Source of the DNA: an uncultured Methanosarcinales archaeon
GTDB taxonomy: Archaea > Nanobdellota > Nanobdellia > Woesearchaeales > GW2011-AR9
Direction of reading: 5' to 3'
DNA: 64,000 bases
Assembly (NCBI GenBank): GCA_964343575.1
Contig: CAYFJV010000002.1
Coordinates: forward strand, 395,809 to 459,808
Below the pieces are notes generated by a model that worked only from the letters and a program-made list of their open reading frames with translations, was not told the DNA's origin and did no database searches. Positions within the stretch are counted from its first letter, which is position 1. Every line of letters starts with the position of its first letter. This document shows, piece after piece, positions 1-7,812 of this stretch. The position numbers and the translations under genes are program-made.

Positions 1-20
1 CACAGCAGAAATTTTCTACT

Positions 21-842
21 TTGGCGAAGAAGGTTCAAAGAGATGCAAGGAGATCGAATGGTGATGTTAAGCTTGCATGGAAAAAAATGTTGTCTCTTCA
101 AGAGGATTTTGATCAAGAAACGCTTAGTGAGCTTATAGCTCTTCTCTTAAACATACTTAATACTCTTAAAAGAATGCAGATGTTTCTTGAGCTTGAAAGA
201 AAAGAACTTCAAGAAGAGAGGGGAGAAATTTTAGATTTAGAACTGGATGAGGAGGCAACTAGGTCCATCAGGATGAAGAGAGGTAGAGATGTTCTAGCTA
301 GTGCTGTAAATCAGAGAGATAGAATAGATTATATCATTGAAAAAACTGAATTTGCTCTTTTTAATATTAGGGCTGCAAAAAAATTTCTTTCAAACCCTGA
401 AAAGGATGAGGTTGAAATCACTACTCAATTGCAGTTAGCAGCAAGAAATATTTCTTTTGCGATGAGATATGAAGGTGACCTTCTCGCTATTCTACAGGCC
501 TTGAAAGATCAGTACCAGGCGATTGACCCTGAAGAATCTATTTTTATGCGCAGCCGAGAGTTTGGAGAAGTTTTGTTTCAAGTAAGAAATTTGGAGCGGG
601 ATTATAACTGGGTTGTAAGAGAGATCATTCTCTTACGAAGTAAACAAGAGCGAAGACTTTTTCCTGTGGCGCGTGAGGAGCGTTTGCAGACTTGTGACCG
701 TGTTATTCCTAAACTCACTTCTATTGTGAAAGCTCTGGGAAATATGAGACACATTTTGAAAGTTGAGGCATCAAGACAAGGAGTAAGGAGACAGAGGGTA
801 GTGAGGAGACAGCGAAGAGATCAGCAAAAGTATGCAGCCTAA
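21..842 (+). CDS. hypothetical coiled-coil protein; ORF opens with TTG, first ATG further in, and the frame is open to the window edge so the gene may start upstream
   Basis: Long ORF with K/E/R-rich heptad-like composition; no recognisable catalytic motif. Confidence 0.4.
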   Translation: MAKKVQRDARRSNGDVKLAWKKMLSLQEDFDQETLSELIALLLNILNTLKRMQMFLELERKELQEERGEILDLELDEEATRSIRMKRGRDVLASAVNQRDRIDYIIEKTEFALFNIRAAKKFLSNPEKDEVEITTQLQLAARNISFAMRYEGDLLAILQALKDQYQAIDPEESIFMRSREFGEVLFQVRNLERDYNWVVREIILLRSKQERRLFPVAREERLQTCDRVIPKLTSIVKALGNMRHILKVEASRQGVRRQRVVRRQRRDQQKYAA

Positions 843-900
843 GTAAAGGTGCTTAAGATAGAAAAAGTCTAAAATAAAAAAGTTTAAAAGAAAAAGAAAC

Positions 901-1419
901 TTGGTTCTCAGAATGGTGGGTGAAAGTGAAGATCTGGTGGAGCTTGTTATTGCTGAGGAGGCAGATATAGTATTTATTCTTGAGAAGATAACCCTCGTTC
1001 TTGCCAACTTGAAAAACATGAGAGAACAGCTTGCTGTTGGGAATAAGCTTGGGAGAAGAGCAGCAGAGACTCTTCTTATTCTAGCAAGGAGAAACTTCTC
1101 TCCGATTAAGGAGAAGGAGATGGCTTTGGTCTACCTCGCTGCAGATGTTGATAGAATCATGAAAAGATCAAGGGGTAGTTCTTCTGGGAAAACAGCTCAA
1201 CTGTTTCATGCTGAGGAAAGAAAATTTCTTAGAGATTCAAAAAACTTGCGTAATTACCTTCGAGCAGTTGAGAGAAGGATTGAAAGAATTAAGATAAGTG
1301 ATCCCTCTTACTCCATTGGTGGAACGATAGTGAGGGTTGAAAGGATAATCGCTCTTCTTCTAAAAATGAGAGAAGTTCTTGCTCTTGAAGCTGCGGCAAC
1401 AAGAAGGGTGGCAGCCTAA
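901..1419 (+). CDS. hypothetical protein; possible distant paralog of the preceding ORF
   Basis: ORF with composition and C-terminal ...RRVAA tail similar to ORF 21..842; TTG start, first ATG at about 913. Confidence 0.4.
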   Translation: MVLRMVGESEDLVELVIAEEADIVFILEKITLVLANLKNMREQLAVGNKLGRRAAETLLILARRNFSPIKEKEMALVYLAADVDRIMKRSRGSSSGKTAQLFHAEERKFLRDSKNLRNYLRAVERRIERIKISDPSYSIGGTIVRVERIIALLLKMREVLALEAAATRRVAA

Positions 1420-1451
1420 GGTTTTTATAGGGTGCTTCTTAAACTCTTTCA

Positions 1452-1835
1452 ATGACAGCACTTCATGACATTGCAGAAGAAATTCGTCGTTGCACTGCTT
1501 GCCCTCTTTGGAAGAATAGAACACTTGCAGTTCCAGGAGAAGGCAAGTTGGGTGTTGGGGTGGTTGTTCTTAAAACAAGTCCAAGTGAAGAAGATGATCG
1601 TAAGGGTTTGCCTTTCCAAGATCAAGAGAGTAGAGAAGCTCTAAAACAAAAGCTCGTAGAGAATGGTTTGCAAAGAAAAGATGTTTTTTTGACTACAAAA
1701 GTAAAATGCTGTCCTAAAGGAAGAGAAGCAACTCAAAAAGAGATAGCTACTTGTACAAAGTTATGGTTAGAAAAACAAAAAGAATGTTTGCAAAAACAAA
1801 GTAAGAGAAAAGAATTACGAGTTATTTCTATTTAG
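1452..1835 (+). CDS. uracil-DNA glycosylase family 4-like protein, C-terminally truncated with degenerate catalytic motifs (possible pseudogene or non-catalytic remnant)
   Basis: N-terminal CTACPLW...VPGEG...EED..G.PF...VKC.P motif order is collinear with family-4 UDG. GEGPG is replaced by KTSPS and PFVG by PFQD. The ORF stops after about 127 aa, so motif B (HPS) is absent. Confidence 0.5.
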   Translation: MTALHDIAEEIRRCTACPLWKNRTLAVPGEGKLGVGVVVLKTSPSEEDDRKGLPFQDQESREALKQKLVENGLQRKDVFLTTKVKCCPKGREATQKEIATCTKLWLEKQKECLQKQSKRKELRVISI

Positions 1836-4317
1836 AAGCGGAACCATACATTAGGTTTGCAGGAGCACCAAGTTCAACTTCTTGTCTTCGCACAGGAACC
1901 CTTTCTCTGTGATCTTCAAAGAGTTGGTCAAGATCATCTAGGGTTCCATAGTCTGGGAGCATTCTTGTTTCAGTTCCTCCCCTCGCATCTGCTTCAATTA
2001 CTTGGAGTGTTGGTTGAGTTCTCTCTCCAACAAGATCTTCTCCAGCGATAGGGTGGTCAATCTCGCCGATTTTTCTTCTTTGTGCTGCTAAGCGTATTCT
2101 TTCTCTTATAATGCCTGGAACAACTTGAGCACCAAGGGTAACTAGGCCAACTCCTCCAAGGCCAGTTGCCACTGATTTAAGCGCTGCTGGATCAAATGTT
2201 CCTGAATCTGCTCCAAGTGCTGCGACAGCAGCGACACCAACATAACCTGCCATCTCGGCAGCCTTTCTCAAACCAGAAGGTTCATCGGAGACATCTTCCT
2301 CAAATTCATGAGCATCAATAACTCCTTCTCGACGAAGGGGGGTCCTAGATTCTTCAAAGGCTTGCCAGTCAAAGAAATGACCTCCGTTCCCATCTTCTCT
2401 GAAAAACCTTCCGTGTTCGAGAAAAAAGGAGTATGGTACTTGAAACTCTCCTTCATGATCATGAACAGTAACTTGCCTACTCCTATCAACAACTTTCCTC
2501 AGTTTTGGACTCAATGTATCGTAAGATGTATTAAGCCTCGCTGTGGTCTCACTAACTTCTTCTCTTGCTGGACGACTAACTGGGACAACTGTCTTCAGAT
2601 CAATACGTGCTACTCTCGGATCTACTACCTCTGCTGCTGCTTCATCAAGTGGCTCAACAAATGCGACAGGAGCAGAAGGTTCTATTTCTACTTCTACAAC
2701 TGGTGCTCTTGGGGGAGTTATAGGATGTCTTCTTCTTCCTTTAAGCAGTCTTCTTGGTCCTTTTCTTCTCTTTTCTTCTGCTTTTCTTTGTTGGGAAGGA
2801 CTGAGGACGCTTTCTGTAAAGATTCTATGGACGGTTTCATCAGCTGAGCTTCGTCTGTTACAGGTTAAGAGCTCTTCTAGGTTGTAGGTTATGTTTCCTT
2901 CATTATTTTCAATTGCGATTCGGATGCCTGGGTGAGTGATTACAGTACGGTCCCCAAGATTAGAAGCTAATACGATAGCTCTTGCATGGGCCATATCTCC
3001 ACAGGCTTCAATGTCTGCTGGATTTTCATCCTTGACGAGATCTGAATACTGACGGACGGCATCTACGACCTCTCTTGAAAGATTTCCTTCTTCTATGTTT
3101 GTATTGCGGGTTAGTAAACGAAGTATGTTTCTTGCACGCTGCGCGCTTGTTCCATTCTCTCCTGCAAAACGAACACCAAACTCGGCCTCGTAACGAGCAT
3201 TTAGTGCAGCAGTGTTCACACCTTCAATAACATCGCAAACTGCATCATAGAGATTTCTTTGAACTGCTAAGTCTGCATCTGTAAGGGTTTGCACATCAGC
3301 AGCTCGCACCATTGGATATTCAAGAGGAGTTTCCAAAGCAGTATCAAGTTCTCTTTGTCTTTGATCATTTATCCTTGCTTTCTCTTCTCTTTGAGTAGCA
3401 ACTGCTTCTAGACCTTCAATATAATCTGCTTCTCGAGAAAGTGCTTCTCTCTGTCCTTCTGGACTGAGTACACCTCCGGTGTAAGGAGCAAAAGTTTCAT
3501 CAAAAGATCGTAAAAGTGCTTGTGTGTTTCTTCCTCTTCGAGAAGAAATCTGTTCACGGACACGCTCACGTAAAGCATCTAATTGAGGTGTAGTTGCATC
3601 AGTTAGTGCTCCCCCAGCATTGTTTAAAACCTGCTGCGCTGCTTCAATTCTTTGGTTCCAAGTCCAAGCGTAATCAACACCTTCTAATAGAGAAGCATAT
3701 TGTGTGTGTCGTGAGTGGAATTCTCTTGCACCTTCGCCCATACTAACTCCTGCGAAAATGTCATCAAGAATGTCAACTACCGGAGATCCCCGAGAATCTG
3801 CGCTTGTTATATTTGTAGGCTCTTGGGTAGCTGCTGTTTGGGTGTTATAAGAAGAAAAAGTATCTTCTAATTGATCGAGAAGTCTCTCTCTTCTCGCTTC
3901 ATTTGTTCGTAAACGTCCAATACGTGTTCTAGCTTCTTGATACAAAGCAGTAACATCACTGGAATTTGAAGTAAGATCGTAACGATTTAGAAGATCACTG
4001 ACTGCTTCTAGTCTATCTTCCCATTGCCAGGGCCTTCTTTGTGCAACAGTAGTGTAATCTCGTTCAACTTGCCCTTCTAAAGAATATTGTTCTTGCACTG
4101 CAGCAAATCTCTCTGTGTCTGCTGCTCTTCCTTGATACACTGCTTGAGCTAAACCAAGTACTGCTTCTCTCTCTTGAGTATTTGCTTGATACTGTGGTCT
4201 GCCCGGGAATGCTTTTGAAATCTCTCTAAAAGCTTCAAGGTCTCCAAGAGTTCCACCTTGGGGGCTGTCCTCTGCTGTCTCATCAAAGGTAGAGCCAAGG
4301 TCGTAGGTATCTTCCAT
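1828..4317 (-). CDS. large hypothetical protein (829 aa), Ala/Arg/Gln/Glu/Thr-rich, with a Pro-rich linker and a C-terminal glycine-zipper-like hydrophobic segment (probable membrane anchor)
   Basis: Single uninterrupted 2.5-kb ORF. Amino-acid and apparent GC composition are clearly different from neighbouring genes. The segment AGYVGVAAVAALGA...GLGGVGLVTLGAQVVPGII is hydrophobic. Confidence 0.55.
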   Translation of the reverse strand: MEDTYDLGSTFDETAEDSPQGGTLGDLEAFREISKAFPGRPQYQANTQEREAVLGLAQAVYQGRAADTERFAAVQEQYSLEGQVERDYTTVAQRRPWQWEDRLEAVSDLLNRYDLTSNSSDVTALYQEARTRIGRLRTNEARRERLLDQLEDTFSSYNTQTAATQEPTNITSADSRGSPVVDILDDIFAGVSMGEGAREFHSRHTQYASLLEGVDYAWTWNQRIEAAQQVLNNAGGALTDATTPQLDALRERVREQISSRRGRNTQALLRSFDETFAPYTGGVLSPEGQREALSREADYIEGLEAVATQREEKARINDQRQRELDTALETPLEYPMVRAADVQTLTDADLAVQRNLYDAVCDVIEGVNTAALNARYEAEFGVRFAGENGTSAQRARNILRLLTRNTNIEEGNLSREVVDAVRQYSDLVKDENPADIEACGDMAHARAIVLASNLGDRTVITHPGIRIAIENNEGNITYNLEELLTCNRRSSADETVHRIFTESVLSPSQQRKAEEKRRKGPRRLLKGRRRHPITPPRAPVVEVEIEPSAPVAFVEPLDEAAAEVVDPRVARIDLKTVVPVSRPAREEVSETTARLNTSYDTLSPKLRKVVDRSRQVTVHDHEGEFQVPYSFFLEHGRFFREDGNGGHFFDWQAFEESRTPLRREGVIDAHEFEEDVSDEPSGLRKAAEMAGYVGVAAVAALGADSGTFDPAALKSVATGLGGVGLVTLGAQVVPGIIRERIRLAAQRRKIGEIDHPIAGEDLVGERTQPTLQVIEADARGGTETRMLPDYGTLDDLDQLFEDHRERVPVRRQEVELGAPANLMYGSASK

Positions 4318-4571
4318 TTTTTATCTGAATTTGGTAGTAAATTGGTGGTTTTTGCCAGAAAAGCGCCTTCTTTTGCAAAAATCAGGCTTTTCAAAGAGCT
4401 TTCTTTTATAAATGTTTTCCTCAATGTCACTTTCAAGTAACAAAAAATCAAAAACCTTGCGAAAATGTCCTCTCTCGTTTATAAAGAGAAGGGGGGATGG
4501 GGCTAAAGAAACATTTAAATAGCCTCAATCATTGATTTTGACCTAGTTTTGTTTAAAAAGAGGCGTAAGAG

Positions 4572-5147
4572 ATGGAAGATAGTTTGTTTAGAGAGACGAT
4601 CGACTTTTTAGGAAGAGCCGGTCTTTATGATGTTATCTTACCCTTTCTTCTGGTTTTTACCGTTGTCTTTGCCATTCTTGAGAAGACCAAAATTTTTGGG
4701 ATTGGGAAATATGCTCACAAGGAAGGCGATGATGCGCTTACTACCAAAAAGAATCTTAACGCCACCTTCTCTTTCATTGCTGCTTTTATGGTGGTGGCTT
4801 CAACTCAGCTTGTAGCTGTGATTAACGAAGTGATTGCTCACGTTGCTTTGGTTTTAATCTTATGTGTTTGCTTTTTGATGTTGGTTGGTACCTTTCATCA
4901 TGATAAAGAGTTCAAATTTCATAAGAAGTATCCTGGCTGGATGGCTTTTTTTGTCATTGTAGCCTTTATTACTATTGTTGCTATCTTTTTGAATGCATTA
5001 GGTTGGCTTGATTGGCTAATTGATTATGCAGAAACTGTTGATGGTGAGTGGATCTCTGGTCTTGTTTTCCTTCTTATCACCATTGGGATTGTTGGTTTTA
5101 TTATTCAGGAACCTAAGCCAAAGAAGGAAGATGATAGTAGTGATTAG
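4572..5147 (+). CDS. small integral membrane protein (about 4 TM), paralog 1 of a tandem triplet
   Basis: Shared N-terminal motif G.YD..LPFLLVFTVVFAILEKT with the two following ORFs; four hydrophobic segments. Confidence 0.6.
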   Translation: MEDSLFRETIDFLGRAGLYDVILPFLLVFTVVFAILEKTKIFGIGKYAHKEGDDALTTKKNLNATFSFIAAFMVVASTQLVAVINEVIAHVALVLILCVCFLMLVGTFHHDKEFKFHKKYPGWMAFFVIVAFITIVAIFLNALGWLDWLIDYAETVDGEWISGLVFLLITIGIVGFIIQEPKPKKEDDSSD

Positions 5148-5230
5148 TGTTTGATTTGTTTAGTGTTAAAAAGAAAGATTAAAATATGCAAAATTCATTG
5201 GTGTTATTAAATTAAAAAGAGGTTGTTTCG

Positions 5231-5815
5231 ATGGCAAGTTTTACTGATTTGATTTTCCTGGCGCAGGATTCAGGTATCCTAGATTTTCTGCTTCCTTTCA
5301 TACTTGTTTTTGTAGTGGTTTTGGCTGCATCACAAAGAATACGGATGTTTGATACAAACCCCCGCTATAGGATAGTGATTGCGATAGTTGCCGCGACATC
5401 TTTTGTCGTTCCCCATATTTTAGGAACTTATCCCGTTGGCTATGATCCAGTAGAAGTTGTGTACACCGCCATGCCAAGTGTGGTGCTCCTATCTGTAGTT
5501 GTTCTTATGGCTCTTATCATCCTAGGAATGTTTGGGAATCCTGCAGACCAAGACAGTATTTTTACTTCAATACAACCTTATCTCACTGGGGTTTGCTTTT
5601 TGGTAGTCCTCTTTATTTTTGGTGAGGCATTGAATCTTTACCAGTATCCAGATTTTATGAACTGGTTTACTTCAGATTTGCTCGAGCTTGTCCTTGTGAT
5701 TGGAGTCTTTGCGCTTGTTGTTTATTTTATCACTGGAAACGGAGAGACTGCTGAAGAGAGAGGGAGAAGGAGACAAAGAGAGCAACAACAGCAACAACAA
5801 CAACGTAATCCATAG
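5231..5815 (+). CDS. small integral membrane protein, paralog 2 (poly-Gln C-terminus)
   Basis: Paralogous to 4572..5147 (LDFLLPFILVFVVVLAASQR); C-terminal RQREQQQQQQQRNP encoded by a CAA/CAG repeat. Confidence 0.6.
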   Translation: MASFTDLIFLAQDSGILDFLLPFILVFVVVLAASQRIRMFDTNPRYRIVIAIVAATSFVVPHILGTYPVGYDPVEVVYTAMPSVVLLSVVVLMALIILGMFGNPADQDSIFTSIQPYLTGVCFLVVLFIFGEALNLYQYPDFMNWFTSDLLELVLVIGVFALVVYFITGNGETAEERGRRRQREQQQQQQQRNP

Positions 5816-5856
5816 GGGGGGAGAAGTTATCTTTTATTATAGTAAGTTATTAACAA

Positions 5857-6429
5857 ATGGCAAGTGTACTTGAAGTTGGACTCTTTGGATTTTTTGATGT
5901 CATCTTTACGTGGCTTCTTATCTTTACTGTAGTCTTTGCTCTCTTTCAAAAAACAGGTTTTCTTGCTCCTAAGGGTTCGAAAACTAAGGGCGCACCAATC
6001 AATGCAATGATTGCAGTAGCAGTTGCTACTCTTGCAATCATTTATCCGCCTGTTGTTGAGCTGATTAATTTCATTGCACCTTGGTTTGTACTTGCCTTCA
6101 TCTTTTTAGTACTTCTTTTGATGGTCTTCAAGATGTTTGGTGTTGAGGACGATACTTTTGTTAAAGCAGTTGTTGATTACCCTGGACTTTTGTTTACTAT
6201 TATTGGGGTGAGCATTGTTATTTTAGTTGCAGGTTTTGGAGCTGTTTTTGGTCAAACGGTTTTAGAACTTTCTCCAAACGATGGAGATGCAGGAAGCATT
6301 GATGGAGAAGAGCTTGATGGCTTTGAGCAGAATGTAGTTGATATTATTTTTCACCCAGCAGTGCTTGGAATGGGATTGCTTATGACCATTGCCTTTTTTG
6401 CAGTGATCTTTTTGACAGGGGATGTATGA
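5857..6429 (+). CDS. small integral membrane protein, paralog 3
   Basis: Paralogous N-terminus (FFDVIFTWLLIFTVVFALFQKT); about 4 TM. Confidence 0.6.
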   Translation: MASVLEVGLFGFFDVIFTWLLIFTVVFALFQKTGFLAPKGSKTKGAPINAMIAVAVATLAIIYPPVVELINFIAPWFVLAFIFLVLLLMVFKMFGVEDDTFVKAVVDYPGLLFTIIGVSIVILVAGFGAVFGQTVLELSPNDGDAGSIDGEELDGFEQNVVDIIFHPAVLGMGLLMTIAFFAVIFLTGDV

Positions 6430-6449
6430 GGATGTGTGGGGTACTTTAG

Positions 6450-7157
6450 ATGGCACTTTTTCCTTCTTCTCCTGGACAGCAAGCAGGTGCTGGTGGCGCC
6501 TTTAAGGCAGACATTGCAACCGAACTGCAACATTTGCGTATGCAAGGACTTACTGGTGCTCAGATAGTACAAGAACTTAAAGCAAAAGGGTTTCATGAGG
6601 GACAGATTATGGCAGCAATAGATAAGTTGGATAATGGTGTTGGTTCTGCACCTTCTGCTCCGCCAATGCTGTCTCAAGGTGGAAGTCCAGGTGGTTTTTC
6701 TAGTCCTCCAAACATGGGTTCTGGTCCCGGAGCTTCTTTTCCTCCTGCTTCGGCTCCGATGCACATGGCTCCTTCTGCTCCTCCAATGAGTGGTGGTGCT
6801 TCTGGACAAATGCCTCCGGATGCACTTTATGATCGTATTGAAGAGATTGCTGAAGGGCTTATCGATGAGAAGTGGGATGAACTTATTGCAGAAGTAAAAA
6901 AGATCATTGCTTGGAAGGATAAGGTTGAAGAAGAGAACCATAAACTTAAGGCAGACATTGCTAAGCTTAAAGAAGATTTTAAGTTGCTGCATGAAGCAGT
7001 ACTTGGAAAGGTAGAAGAATATGATAAGCGCATGCAAGACGTTGGAGTTGAGCTCAAGGCGGTTGGTAAAGTCTTTAAGGATGTAGTTCCGGTTTTTACT
7101 GAGCAAGTGAAAGAATTGAAAGGAATTACCTCTGGTATGAGAGAAGCAAGGAAATAG
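6450..7157 (+). CDS. hypothetical protein with a Pro/Ser/Gly-rich linker and a C-terminal coiled coil; pilus-locus accessory protein
   Basis: ORF in the pilus-like cluster; low-complexity PSAPP repeats followed by a K/E heptad region. Confidence 0.5.
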   Translation: MALFPSSPGQQAGAGGAFKADIATELQHLRMQGLTGAQIVQELKAKGFHEGQIMAAIDKLDNGVGSAPSAPPMLSQGGSPGGFSSPPNMGSGPGASFPPASAPMHMAPSAPPMSGGASGQMPPDALYDRIEEIAEGLIDEKWDELIAEVKKIIAWKDKVEEENHKLKADIAKLKEDFKLLHEAVLGKVEEYDKRMQDVGVELKAVGKVFKDVVPVFTEQVKELKGITSGMREARK

Positions 7158-7160
7158 GAT

Positions 7161-7676
7161 TTAATGCTTGCGTGTGTGGTGCTCTGTCTGTGCATGATGA
7201 CTGTGGTTCTTACTTGGTGCTGTTTTATGATGGTGCATGGCTGTGTGCGTGCTTTTGTGTTTTTTGTTTCCCCCCTCTTTTACTTTGCCGACAAACTCCT
7301 GCCATTTGTGCTCAAAGAGTCGTTCAAGATCGTTTTGGGTAACGAAGTTGAGAGGATTCCAGAATTCTAAGTATTTTTTTATTACATCAAGTTCTTCTTT
7401 GCCTGCAGTTTGCTTGAGCTCTTTGATAATGAGATCAACTTTTTGACTTAGTTTTTCTTGCTGTTCTCGAAGTTCAAGTAATTCTTGATTAATATGACGA
7501 AGGTCTTTTTTGCTTTGAGCACCTTTGCGTAAACTCTCATTTTTTACAAGATCAAACTCTCGGCTTAGCTTGTTAATCTTAACTTCTAAGCCCTTGAGCC
7601 AAGCGTAGAGTTTACTCACAGGAAATGCTTCCTCATGTGGAGAAGTTTCTGGTTTTTTTCCCATGCCAAATGCCAT
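7161..7676 (-). CDS. hypothetical coiled-coil protein with a His-rich C-terminus
   Basis: ORF with a K/E/L heptad pattern; tail KKHKSTHTAMHHHKT...HSHHAQTEHHTRKH. Confidence 0.45.
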   Translation of the reverse strand: MAFGMGKKPETSPHEEAFPVSKLYAWLKGLEVKINKLSREFDLVKNESLRKGAQSKKDLRHINQELLELREQQEKLSQKVDLIIKELKQTAGKEELDVIKKYLEFWNPLNFVTQNDLERLFEHKWQEFVGKVKEGGNKKHKSTHTAMHHHKTAPSKNHSHHAQTEHHTRKH

Positions 7677-7812
7677 CTTTCTAGCCCTTAAGTAGTGTCT
7701 TCATTGAAGGAAACTATTTAAACAAATACGCTTTGTTTCTGTTTTGAGAAAAGAGGAAGAAATTAAGCTATTTATAGCTTGCGTTCGGAGATGATTAAAG
7801 AGATGGTAAGAG

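Noticed and set aside
2268-2887. ORFs 2268..2492, 2308..2847 and 2543..2887 inside the 829-aa gene
   Set aside because: They are alternative-frame or antisense ORFs inside a long continuous ORF, with implausible Cys/Phe/Ser-rich composition.
6351-7106. ORF 6351..7106 (-) and 6827..7195 (-) antisense to the pilus-locus accessory gene
   Set aside because: These are shadow ORFs of the GC/purine-rich sense strand with Arg/Ser/His/Cys-rich nonsense composition.
7164-7446. Cys-rich ORFs 7164..7370 and 7237..7446 (+)
   Set aside because: They are antisense to the His-rich tail of the 7161..7676 gene, a GT-rich strand artefact.
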